A stretch of DNA of 64,000 nt from an uncultured bacterium (GTDB lineage Bacteria; Desulfobacterota_D; UBA1144), in assembly GCA_913050325.1 (NCBI GenBank), contig CAJWZP010000001.1:129611-193610 (forward strand), written 5' to 3'. The first letter of the stretch is position 1. Each line of letters opens with the position of its first letter. The notes under the pieces were generated by a model. That model searched no databases. It had not been told where the DNA came from and saw nothing but the letters and a program-made list of their open reading frames with translations. The translations under genes and the position numbers were made by a program. Positions 1 through 9,164 of this stretch are shown piece by piece.

Positions 1-787
1 TGGTAGTTTTCTTTATTTCTTTTAAACCGTTAGAAACAAAAATTCTATTAACACCAGTGATTGGCATGCTATCGGCAATTGTTCCAATTGAAACTAAATC
101 TAAATACCTAGCTAAATTTGGTTCATCAATGTTTTCAAAAAAACCTTTCTCTCTAAGTTTACTTCTTAGTCCAACAATTAAATTAAAAACTACTCCTGCA
201 GCACAAATATCTTTAAATGGATAAGAGCATTGAGACAATTTAGGATTTATTATTGAATACGCATCGGGTAAAACTTCAGGAACAGTATGATGATCAGTAA
301 TAATAAAATCAATATCAAAAGTTTTTGATTTCGTAATTACATCATTTTCTGAAATGCCACAATCAGTAGTAATTAAAAGCTTTGTTCCTTGATTATGTAG
401 CTCTTTAATTGATTCAAAGTTAATCCCATACCCCTCGGTCATTCTATCGGGATTGTAAGTACCCACATTAGAGCCAATAGATTCTAGGAAACTAAATAAA
501 ATGGCAGTAGATGTTATTCCATCACAATCAAAATCGCCATAAATAATTATTTTTTCATTTCTTTCAATTGCTAAGATTATTCTTTCAATCGACTTATCTA
601 TACCGTACATCAAAAAAGGGCTTGGCATTTTATCCAATGAAGGGAAAAAAAAATCTTTAGCATCATTTTTTGTTGATACACCACGATTTAATAATAATTT
701 TGAAAGGACTTTTGATATATTTAGTTCTAAAACTAAATTATCTATATCTTTTTTATCTATTTCTTTTAAATTCCAAATTTTTTTCAT
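1..787 (-). CDS. recJ: single-stranded-DNA-specific exonuclease RecJ, N-terminal part. Start codon at 785-787; the 3' end runs off the window.
   Basis: Hand translation of the minus strand from the ATG at 787 gives MKKIWNLKEIDKK...IIIYGDFDCDGITSTAIL...LLITTDCGIS...IITDHHTVPE. The DHH-family motifs (DxD, DHH) and an N-terminus typical of RecJ are present. It is absent from the ORF track because no stop codon falls inside the window. Confidence 0.7.
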   Translation of the reverse strand, partial: MKKIWNLKEIDKKDIDNLVLELNISKVLSKLLLNRGVSTKNDAKDFFFPSLDKMPSPFLMYGIDKSIERIILAIERNEKIIIYGDFDCDGITSTAILFSFLESIGSNVGTYNPDRMTEGYGINFESIKELHNQGTKLLITTDCGISENDVITKSKTFDIDFIITDHHTVPEVLPDAYSIINPKLSQCSYPFKDICAAGVVFNLIVGLRSKLREKGFFENIDEPNLARYLDLVSIGTIADSMPITGVNRIFVSNGLKEIKKTT

Positions 788-797
788 TGTTTATAGA

Positions 798-1226
798 TTA
801 ATCTCTTAAAGCATTGAGATAGTCTAAAGCTAAAAGATACCCAATATGTCCAAAACCTGAAATAACACCAATTGCTATTGAAGAAATATAAGAATTCTGT
901 CTAAAATCTTCGCGGCTATAAATATTTGATAAGTGAACTTCAATGAATTTGGCATTAATTGACAGCAGTGCATCTCTGATTGCTATGCTGGTATGAGTAA
1001 ATGCCGCAGGATTAATAACTATATAATCATAATCTCTGGATTCCTGAATTTTAGTAACTAAATTCCCCTCAACATTAGATTGAAAAAAATCAGCTTCAGC
1101 ACCAATCATTTCTGCCTTTTCGTTAATCAAATTATTTATTTCATCCAAATTCAGATTTCCGTACACATCTTTTTCACGAGTACCTAACATATTTAAATTT
1201 GGTCCGTTGATAAAAAGTATTTTCAT
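798..1226 (-). CDS. aroQ: 3-dehydroquinate dehydratase, type II
   Basis: 142 aa. The N-terminal ILFINGPNLNMLGTRE...YG signature of type II dehydroquinase is present. Confidence 0.85.
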   Translation of the reverse strand: MKILFINGPNLNMLGTREKDVYGNLNLDEINNLINEKAEMIGAEADFFQSNVEGNLVTKIQESRDYDYIVINPAAFTHTSIAIRDALLSINAKFIEVHLSNIYSREDFRQNSYISSIAIGVISGFGHIGYLLALDYLNALRD

Positions 1227-1261
1227 ATTTTTAGATTAAAACAAAAAAAAAATAAGTAAAC

Positions 1262-2785
1262 TTACGACCTAATTAAATCTAATTCTTTTACTTTGAAAAC
1301 ATAGGCAAATAAAAGATAAAGAATTATAAAAATAAAAATCTTAACCAAAACTATAAACTGATTTTGAATAAAAAAAGAAAAATTATTAGCTAAAAATTCT
1401 ATCAAAAAAATTATTGCTGATGATAGAAATAATATAAAAATTAAATATTTTAATAACGAAAATATTTTAACGCTGATATTTTTTTTCTTTAGATTTAGTA
1501 TTAGTGAAAAAAATAATATCAAAGCTGATAAAGAAGATGAAAGAGCTAGCCCAAAAAACCCTAAATTAAAAACTATGGACAACAGATAACAAAAAAATAT
1601 ATTTATTAAAAGATTGTATCCAGATAGAAAAACGGGAATTTTTGTATTCTTAATAGAATAAAAAACCTGAGTAAGAACTCTTACTCCACCAACGAATACT
1701 AAACCGACAGAATATGCAAATAATGCTTTGTACGTGTTAAATGAATCAATCGTTGTAAATTCTCCTCTTTTGTATAATAAATTACATATTTCATAACCCC
1801 AGAGAATAAATACTAAAGCACAAGGTATTAATAAAAAAAATAAAAACTTTAATCTTTCATTAAGATAATTTTGAATGTGTTTCAAATTACCTTGTGATGA
1901 CATCTCAGAAAATTTTGTTAAAGATGTAGTTGCAATCGAAACTGCGAATATACCTAAAGGAAATTCCAAAAGGCGCTCTGATAAGTATAAGTATGTAACA
2001 GAACCCTTCTCCATAAAAGAAGCAAATTGAGTATTTATAAGGATATTAATATTATAAATTGCTAAACCCAAAACTTGTGGACCCAATATAATAAAAAATT
2101 TTGATATTTTTGAATCTATTAAATTATTAAATGTAATTCCATAAAATAAATTTCTTTTAATAACAAAAGGTATCAAAAAAATAAACTGGCATAAAGATCC
2201 TAGAAGGACCGCATACGAAATTGAATAAATAGAAATTTTTAAATAAAAATAAGAAAAAATTAAAACAAATATTACAACAACATTAAAAATAACGGGAGAA
2301 AAGGCTGGTGGTAGATAATTATTATTAGCATTGAGCAAACCCATGTTAAATGCAGACAAAGAAATAAACAGTAAAAAGGGAGACATAATTGATAGCATGT
2401 CTGCGGCCAATTTTATACTCTCAGTATCAAAACCATAAGCAAAAGCTTGTATTATGGGTTCAGATAAATAATAAAAAATAATCGTTAGAATAGTTAGAAC
2501 TAACATTAATATTGTAAAAATTTTACTTCTAAACTCAGAGAAGTTTTTTATATTTCCAGATAAAATTTCATCTTTTATAAATGGAACAAGGGTACTACTA
2601 AGGGATCCCTCTGCTAGTAATCTACGAAAGAGATTTGGAATTCTAAAAGCAACATAAAATGCATCTGTAGATGTTGATGCACCAAAGAAAAAAGTTATGA
2701 GCAAATCTCTAATGTATCCGAAAATCCTACTTAGTAGTGTTAAAAATGCTATGTTTACTGTTGATGAAAAAATTTTAATTTTAAT
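1262..2785 (-). CDS. murJ: lipid II flippase MurJ (MviN). The start is uncertain; the track ORF begins at a TTG at 2704.
   Basis: Polytopic membrane protein with a DAFYVAFRIPNLFRRLLAEG motif. The conserved MurJ N-terminal block (FSSTVNIAFLTLLSRIFGYIRD) is encoded in-frame upstream of the TTG at 2704. An in-frame stop lies at 2786-2788. The only ATG/GTG/TTG between that stop and 2704 is the TTG itself, so the true start is probably ATT or ATA near 2777-2785. Confidence 0.8.
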   Translation of the reverse strand: MKIKIFSSTVNIAFLTLLSRIFGYIRDLLITFFFGASTSTDAFYVAFRIPNLFRRLLAEGSLSSTLVPFIKDEILSGNIKNFSEFRSKIFTILMLVLTILTIIFYYLSEPIIQAFAYGFDTESIKLAADMLSIMSPFLLFISLSAFNMGLLNANNNYLPPAFSPVIFNVVVIFVLIFSYFYLKISIYSISYAVLLGSLCQFIFLIPFVIKRNLFYGITFNNLIDSKISKFFIILGPQVLGLAIYNINILINTQFASFMEKGSVTYLYLSERLLEFPLGIFAVSIATTSLTKFSEMSSQGNLKHIQNYLNERLKFLFFLLIPCALVFILWGYEICNLLYKRGEFTTIDSFNTYKALFAYSVGLVFVGGVRVLTQVFYSIKNTKIPVFLSGYNLLINIFFCYLLSIVFNLGFFGLALSSSLSALILFFSLILNLKKKNISVKIFSLLKYLIFILFLSSAIIFLIEFLANNFSFFIQNQFIVLVKIFIFIILYLLFAYVFKVKELDLIRS

Positions 2786-2917
2786 TTACCTTTATTCCTA
2801 AAACTAATATAATAAAATATGTTTAGATATTGAAATGAATTTGTCAAAAATAATTAATTTTTAACAATATTAACTTATTTGTTTTCTATTCATCTCATCT
2901 ACATTAAGGAGAATCCA

Positions 2918-3835
2918 ATGGATAATATTAAACACCTAGAAGAGAAAATTTGGCAACTTGATTTAAAGGTTGATAATGAGAAAGAGTTTATTGCACCTTA
3001 TTTAATTAAAGTTGGTGAAGAATTTATAGTTGTTGATGTTGGACCAACATGTGGAATTGAAGAATTGATTAATCAATTAAGTTTTATGAAAGTTACTCCG
3101 GATAATCTTAAATATGTATTTTTAACTCATATTCATCTTGATCATTCTGGAGGTTTAGGAACATTTTTAAAATATTTTAATAAAACTAAAGTAATAGTTC
3201 ATAGAAGGGGAGTTCCTCATCTAATAGATCCTGATAAAGTTTTATGGCAATCATCTTTAGATACTTTAGGTTGGGTTGCTGAAATGTACCAAAAACCAGA
3301 ACCTGTGAAAGAAGATTTAATAATTCCAATAAATGATAAAACGTTTGATATTGAAGTAAATGGTCATGAATTTGTATGGATTGAAACTCCTGGTCATGCG
3401 AGTCATCATTTTAGTTTTATGATGATGGAGAACAAAATAATGTTTTGCGGAGATTCGGTAGGAATGTTTATTCCTGGGCTAGATGATGCTATGGTCCCAA
3501 CGACACCGCATCCTTATAGAATAGAATCAGGAATTAACTCTATAAATGAAATGGTCAAGCTTAACCCATTAAAACTTGCTTTTGCACATCATGCTATTAG
3601 ACCTAATGCGGATCGTCTCCTTAAAAAACACATAGATCAATTAAAAGCATGGGAAATTTGTGTAAAAGATTGCATAAAGAAAAAAATTACAAATGAAGAA
3701 GAAGTTGCGATAGAGCTCTCTGGAGTGGACCCAGAATCAGCAAGATTATTTCAAAGCAAAAAGGACTTCGGTGGATTAAGGAAAGCTTTAATAGGCAGTA
3801 TTACGGGTTTTATAAACTTAGTTAGTCAGGAATAA
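2918..3835 (+). CDS. metallo-beta-lactamase fold hydrolase
   Basis: HIHLDHSGG (HxHxDH) motif. An AAGGAG ribosome-binding site at 2906-2911 precedes the ATG at 2918, which lies inside the longer track ORF that starts at 2879. Confidence 0.7.
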   Translation: MDNIKHLEEKIWQLDLKVDNEKEFIAPYLIKVGEEFIVVDVGPTCGIEELINQLSFMKVTPDNLKYVFLTHIHLDHSGGLGTFLKYFNKTKVIVHRRGVPHLIDPDKVLWQSSLDTLGWVAEMYQKPEPVKEDLIIPINDKTFDIEVNGHEFVWIETPGHASHHFSFMMMENKIMFCGDSVGMFIPGLDDAMVPTTPHPYRIESGINSINEMVKLNPLKLAFAHHAIRPNADRLLKKHIDQLKAWEICVKDCIKKKITNEEEVAIELSGVDPESARLFQSKKDFGGLRKALIGSITGFINLVSQE

Positions 3836-4064
3836 TAGTTTTATCATCTTTGTTTACTTCTTGTATATCAAAATCAACATGTTTTTTTATAATATTTAAA
3901 ATTTTTAAATTTTTATGTATTAAATCCTTAGTTGTAAATACCAAAATAACATTTTTTTTTGATTTTATAGATCTAGGCCAGCCTAGATGCTGAAATTGGG
4001 AATATAAGTAATTAAAAAGAACAATGTTTGATTTATCATTTATCAAAATTCTTATTTTTGCCAT
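3822..4064 (-). CDS. hypothetical small protein (80 aa), divergent from mraZ
   Basis: ORF only. It starts MAKIRIL, has no recognisable motif, and has the composition typical of this genome. Confidence 0.35.
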   Translation of the reverse strand: MAKIRILINDKSNIVLFNYLYSQFQHLGWPRSIKSKKNVILVFTTKDLIHKNLKILNIIKKHVDFDIQEVNKDDKTIIPD

Positions 4065-4085
4065 ATTAAATATTAGCTTATCTTA

Positions 4086-4114
4086 TTGACTTTATTAATT
4101 TTTTTTTCTAAAAT
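4086..4114 (+). promoter_or_regulatory. putative sigma70 promoter of the division/cell-wall operon (Pmra)
   Basis: TTGACT (4086-4091), a 17-nt spacer, then TAAAAT (4109-4114), about 45 nt upstream of the mraZ start. Confidence 0.5.
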
Positions 4115-4159
4115 TACTAGAAGGTAGATTTTGTCATTTTTTGGCATAAAGGAGTTATT

Positions 4160-4597
4160 TTGTTCAGGGGACAATATTCACATTCAATTTCAAAATCTGG
4201 AAGAGTAAGTATGCCTGCTAAGTTCAGAGATACACTAATTAAAAAATATTCTAATAAAAAAATTATAATTTCATTATTTGAAAATTGTTTAATATCTTAT
4301 CCGATTAAAGAATGGGAAAAATTAGAATTAAAAATATCAAAATTACCTAGTTTTAAAAATGAGACTGTTGAATTTGAAAGATACCTGGTAGGTAATGCAA
4401 ATGAATGTTCAATTGATTCAGAGGGAAGAATTAACATACCTCCTTTACTTAGGAAAAAACTTAATATTAAAGATACAGTTATTTTTGTTGGAATATTAAA
4501 TCGTTTTGAAATCTGGTGTGAATCCACATGGAATAATTATATGAAAAATAGTTTTAAAAAATTTCAAAAAAGTAGGAACGAGATTAATGGAATTTAA
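4160..4597 (+). CDS. mraZ: division/cell-wall cluster transcriptional regulator MraZ
   Basis: MFRGQYSHSISKSGRVSMPAKFR. Typical MraZ N-terminus with a duplicated domain. TTG start preceded by an AAGGAG ribosome-binding site. Confidence 0.9.
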   Translation: MFRGQYSHSISKSGRVSMPAKFRDTLIKKYSNKKIIISLFENCLISYPIKEWEKLELKISKLPSFKNETVEFERYLVGNANECSIDSEGRINIPPLLRKKLNIKDTVIFVGILNRFEIWCESTWNNYMKNSFKKFQKSRNEINGI

Positions 4598-5501
4598 TCA
4601 TCAATCAGTTTTGGCTGAAGAGGTTTTGTCTTTTTTAGATAAGAAAAAATCTCTTAAAATAATTGATGCAACTTTAGGACTAGGTGGTCATACTTTAAAC
4701 TTTCTAAAAAATCGAGAAAATATTTCATTTATATATTGTTTCGATCGAGATAGTGATGCAATCGAAATAGCAAAAAAAAGATTGGAACATTTTAATAAAA
4801 AAATTAAATATATAAATGATAATTTTAGTAACATACAAGAACATATTGAAACAAAAGTTGATTATATTTTTGCGGATTTAGGAATATCATCATATCAAAT
4901 TGAAAATGACAAAAGAGGCTTTAGTTTTAATAGCGATGAAAGACTTGATATGAGGATGGATAAAAATCAAGATTTAGATGCACACCATATTATTAATAAT
5001 TTTTCAACAAATGATATCTCAGAGATTTTGAAAAATTATGGTGAAGAAAGAAATCATAAAAAAATTGCTAATCAAATAGGTAAAAATAGAGAGATTGCAG
5101 AAATTTTTTCTTGCAAACAATTATCAGATCTAATTAACAGAATAAATTATAAAAAAGGTAAAATTAATTCTTCAACAAAGTCATTTATGGCATTAAGAAT
5201 AGCTGTAAATAATGAACTCGAATCACTCGAGAAATTTTTAAATAATTCAACAAAATTACTAAAAAGTTCTGGGAAATTAATGGTCATATCATTTCATTCA
5301 CTTGAAGATAGAATCGTAAAAAATTTTATGAAATATTTGGAAAAAGATTGTATATGTCCTACTAGTAAAATGATATGCGATTGTGAAAAAACTTCAGAAT
5401 TAAAAATATTAACTAAAAAGCCAATTGTAGCTAAAAGTGCAGAAATTAATCAGAATTCAAGGTCACGAAGTGCAAAATTAAGAATTGGTGAAATAATATG
5501 A
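4587..5501 (+). CDS. rsmH: 16S rRNA (cytosine1402-N4)-methyltransferase RsmH
   Basis: HQSVLAEEVL...DATLGLGGHT motifs, in the conserved position after mraZ. Confidence 0.9.
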   Translation: MEFNHQSVLAEEVLSFLDKKKSLKIIDATLGLGGHTLNFLKNRENISFIYCFDRDSDAIEIAKKRLEHFNKKIKYINDNFSNIQEHIETKVDYIFADLGISSYQIENDKRGFSFNSDERLDMRMDKNQDLDAHHIINNFSTNDISEILKNYGEERNHKKIANQIGKNREIAEIFSCKQLSDLINRINYKKGKINSSTKSFMALRIAVNNELESLEKFLNNSTKLLKSSGKLMVISFHSLEDRIVKNFMKYLEKDCICPTSKMICDCEKTSELKILTKKPIVAKSAEINQNSRSRSAKLRIGEII

Positions 5502-5821
5502 TAAATACGTCCAATACAATTTTAATTAGAAACAAATCAAAAATATTTAAATTTGCAAAAAAAATTTTTAATAGATCATCCTATTTTATTTTAATAATTA
5601 GTTTACTGCTAGGAATTATATCAACAAAAGCCTATATAACTAAAATTGGGTATGAATTAGCAAAAAATAATAAAATTTATAATAAATTAAATTTAAAAAA
5701 TAAATTATTAAAAACAGAAATTTCCAAATTAAAATCGAATTCAAGGTTAAAAGATATTGCAACAAGAAATAATATGAAATTTCCAAAAAATAAAAATATT
5801 AGAAGTGTTATATATGAATAA
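5498..5821 (+). CDS. ftsL: cell division protein FtsL-like
   Basis: 107 aa with a single transmembrane segment and a coiled-coil, in the mraW-ftsL-ftsI position. ATGA overlap with rsmH. Confidence 0.6.
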   Translation: MINTSNTILIRNKSKIFKFAKKIFNRSSYFILIISLLLGIISTKAYITKIGYELAKNNKIYNKLNLKNKLLKTEISKLKSNSRLKDIATRNNMKFPKNKNIRSVIYE

Positions 5822-7703
5822 ATTAATTGATTCAATTAAAAAAGATGAGACTAACTTCACAAAAAGATTAAAAATTATTAACTCTATTTTCATATTATGT
5901 TTCACAGTAATCATTTTTAAGATTTTTTATTTACAAATCATAGACAGTCAAAAACCATTGAAATTTGCCGCAGGTGAAAGTAATCCTTTTACATTATCTG
6001 GAGAAAGAGGAAACATATTAGATAGTAACGGAGAAATTTTAGCAACAAGTGTCAAATATCCTTCAATATATGTTAACCCAAAAGCAATAAAAGAAAAAAA
6101 CAAATACGCAAAAATATTATCTCAAGATTTAGGAATTTCGTATAAAAAGATTAGAGAAAAACTTGACTCTAAAAAGTATTTTGTTTGGATTAAAAGATTA
6201 GTGGATCCAAAAATTGGGGAAAAAATTAAGAAAAGGAATTTAAAATATGTTGGAATACAAATGGAATCAAAAAGAGTATACCCCTCCGGACATTTGGCAG
6301 GACAAGTCTTAGGACATACCAACATAGACCAATTAGGACTAGAAGGCTTAGAATATGAATTTGATGAGATATTAAAAGGAAAAAAGAAAACTATATCAAT
6401 TTATAAAGATGGTATGGGTAAGGTTATTGCAAAAGATTCAGATGACACTTCTAAAGAAAACTCTGGATCTAATATAACATTGACAATAAATAGTAAGTAT
6501 CAATTTATTCTAGAAGAAGAAATTAAAAAAACTGTAAAAGATTCTAAAGCATTAAGGGGATATGGAGTTTTAATTAATCCAAATACTGGGGAAATTTATG
6601 CAATGGCCTCATATCCTTTTTTTAACCCTAATGAATATAAAAAATACGGGAATTTAGAAAAAAAGAACCTACCAATCTGGAATTTGTTTGAACCAGGTTC
6701 TATAATGAAAAGTTTTTTAGTAGCTTCTGCAATTGATAAAGGATCAATATCGGAATCCACGATAATCGATTGTGAAAATGGAAAAAGACAAATAGGTGGT
6801 CATACAATCAGAGATGTCAACCCTAGAGGTAAATTAGATCCAGAAGGAGTTTTAAGATTTTCGAGTAATATTGGTGCATCTAAAATTATAGAAAAACTAA
6901 GCGGAGAAGAATATTATAAATACCTTAAATCTTTTGGGTTTGGAGAAAAAACAAAAATAAAACTTCCAGGTGAAGTTTCTGGCATATTAAGTGATTCTGA
7001 ATCTTGGAGCAAAATAAAAACTGCAAATATAAGTTTTGGACAAGGACTCTCTGTCTCATCAATTCAACTTGCACAGGCATTATCTATTATTGCAAATGGT
7101 GGAAACTTTATTAAACCTTATATTATAAAAAAGATTGAAAAATCTAATGGTGAAGAAATATATTTACATAAAAAAAGTGAAGCAAAAAGAGTCTTAAAAT
7201 TCCTTACAACAAAAAAATTAAGGGAAATGTTAAAAAATGTTGTTGAGACAGGTTCAGCATATAGAGCAAATATCAAAGGAATTGATGTATCAGGGAAAAC
7301 AGGAACTGCTCAATTTGCTGAAAATGGAAAATATCATGATAAAAGATTTATCGTGTCTTTTATTGGATTTGTTCCTAGCGATCAACCACAACTTTTGTCA
7401 GTAATAACAATTGACTATCCTAAGGGTCCAAATGCATACGGAGGAACATGGGCTGCACCAACATTTAAGAGAACAATAGAAAAAATAATGGTTGATGAAA
7501 ATAATTTCACTAAAATTTCAGAAAAAAGAAAAGCTCCTTCTTTTATAGGCAAAGGAAAAAGAGAGGCAATAGAAATTGCAAAAAATAAAAAAATAAAAAT
7601 AAAAATGCACGGTAATGGTTTTGTTAAGAAACAATATCCAAAACCAGGAGAAAAAATTAGCTATCTTGATGAAATAGATATTTATTTAGAGCCAGGAATT
7701 TAA
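5805..7703 (+). CDS. ftsI: peptidoglycan D,D-transpeptidase FtsI (PBP3) with a C-terminal PASTA-like domain
   Basis: SxxK (SIMKSF), SSN and KTGTA motifs. The final ~60 aa (APSFIGKGKREAIEIAK...GEKISYLDEIDIYLE) fit the PASTA pattern. Confidence 0.9.
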   Translation: MLYMNKLIDSIKKDETNFTKRLKIINSIFILCFTVIIFKIFYLQIIDSQKPLKFAAGESNPFTLSGERGNILDSNGEILATSVKYPSIYVNPKAIKEKNKYAKILSQDLGISYKKIREKLDSKKYFVWIKRLVDPKIGEKIKKRNLKYVGIQMESKRVYPSGHLAGQVLGHTNIDQLGLEGLEYEFDEILKGKKKTISIYKDGMGKVIAKDSDDTSKENSGSNITLTINSKYQFILEEEIKKTVKDSKALRGYGVLINPNTGEIYAMASYPFFNPNEYKKYGNLEKKNLPIWNLFEPGSIMKSFLVASAIDKGSISESTIIDCENGKRQIGGHTIRDVNPRGKLDPEGVLRFSSNIGASKIIEKLSGEEYYKYLKSFGFGEKTKIKLPGEVSGILSDSESWSKIKTANISFGQGLSVSSIQLAQALSIIANGGNFIKPYIIKKIEKSNGEEIYLHKKSEAKRVLKFLTTKKLREMLKNVVETGSAYRANIKGIDVSGKTGTAQFAENGKYHDKRFIVSFIGFVPSDQPQLLSVITIDYPKGPNAYGGTWAAPTFKRTIEKIMVDENNFTKISEKRKAPSFIGKGKREAIEIAKNKKIKIKMHGNGFVKKQYPKPGEKISYLDEIDIYLEPGI

Positions 7704-7706
7704 AAA

Positions 7707-9164
7707 ATGTTTGAGAATATTTCTTATTTAAAAAAAAATAAGATTTTAGATATTACCAATAATACAAATTCAGTAAAAAAAGATTCCGTTTTTTTTGCAC
7801 TCAAAGGTAACCAAAGTGATGGAAATAAATTTATACCATTAGCAATTAAAAAAGGTGCAAAAATAATTGTTAGTTCTGACAAAAAAGTTTTAAAAGAAAT
7901 CAAAAATAAAAATATAATCACAATTTATACTGCCGATGTACGAAGTACATATATAAATGAATGCTGTAGAATATTTAAAAATCCATCCAAAAAATTAGAT
8001 ATCTGCGGAATAACGGGGACAAATGGTAAGACCTCAATCCTTTATTTATTACGACATATATGGGAGAGTAAAAAAACATCAATACTTGGAACTATTGAAA
8101 ATTCTATAGGTCAGAAAAAGAATACATCTGATTTAACAACGCCAGATTCCTTCGAAATTAATAATTTAATGAGCAAAACAATAGGTAAAAAAATAAAGAA
8201 ACTATTTATGGAAGTTTCATCACACGCACTAGACCAAAGTAGAGTTGAAAACATACATTTTAATTCAGCAATTTATACAAATCTCACCAGAGACCATTTT
8301 GACTATCACAAAAATATAAAGAATTATTTTGATTCAAAGAAAAGTTTATTCACAAAGTTTTTATTAATGAGTTCAAAAAAAAAGAAAATGGCTTTAATTA
8401 ATATTGATGATAAATATGGAAAAATTCTATTCAAAGAAAAATTGATTGGTGTAACTAAAGTAAGTTATTCAATTAAAAATAAAAAAGCAGATTTTTTTAT
8501 AAATAAAATATCAAAAAACAAAAATTCATATATTTTAGATATAAAAAATAGAGAAAAAATCTACAGTGTAGAGACTCCTTTATTTGGGATTTTTAATTTT
8601 CAAAATATACTTGCAGCATTTTCATATTCAATTATGAAAGGGAAAAGTTCAAAAAAAATAATTGAAAAGTTAAAAAAATTTAAAGGAGCTCGTGGAAGAA
8701 TGGAATCAGTTGGTAATAAACAAAAAAAGATTTTTATCGACTATGCTCATACACATGATGCTTTAGAAAAAACACTAATTGCATTAAGGGAAGAGTTTAA
8801 ATCTTATAAGATAATTATTGTATTTGGATGTGGTGGCGAAAGAGATAAGTTAAAAAGAAAAGAAATGGGAAAAATTGCATATAAATATTCAGATAAAATA
8901 ATACTAACTAATGACAATCCAAGAAATGAAAGTGCAGATCAAATTATTAGAGATATCAAAAAAGGAATTAAAAAGTTGAGTAATACATATACAATAATAA
9001 ATAGAAAAAAAGCTATTGAGTACGGCATTAAAAAAATAAGCAAAAAAACCATTCTATTGATTGCTGGTAAAGGTCATGAAGAATATCAAGAAATTAACAA
9101 TAAAAAATTTCCTTTTTCTGACCATCAAATTGTTAAAGAGAGTCTAGAAAGTGCAAATTTTTAA
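7707..9164 (+). CDS. murE: UDP-MurNAc-L-Ala-D-Glu--2,6-diaminopimelate ligase MurE
   Basis: GITGTNGKTS P-loop. The DNPR motif (TNDNPRNE) indicates meso-DAP specificity. Confidence 0.9.
   Translation: MFENISYLKKNKILDITNNTNSVKKDSVFFALKGNQSDGNKFIPLAIKKGAKIIVSSDKKVLKEIKNKNIITIYTADVRSTYINECCRIFKNPSKKLDICGITGTNGKTSILYLLRHIWESKKTSILGTIENSIGQKKNTSDLTTPDSFEINNLMSKTIGKKIKKLFMEVSSHALDQSRVENIHFNSAIYTNLTRDHFDYHKNIKNYFDSKKSLFTKFLLMSSKKKKMALINIDDKYGKILFKEKLIGVTKVSYSIKNKKADFFINKISKNKNSYILDIKNREKIYSVETPLFGIFNFQNILAAFSYSIMKGKSSKKIIEKLKKFKGARGRMESVGNKQKKIFIDYAHTHDALEKTLIALREEFKSYKIIIVFGCGGERDKLKRKEMGKIAYKYSDKIILTNDNPRNESADQIIRDIKKGIKKLSNTYTIINRKKAIEYGIKKISKKTILLIAGKGHEEYQEINNKKFPFSDHQIVKESLESANF

Noticed and set aside
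4297-4527. 76-aa minus-strand ORF inside mraZ
   Set aside because: Antisense to a well-supported MraZ.
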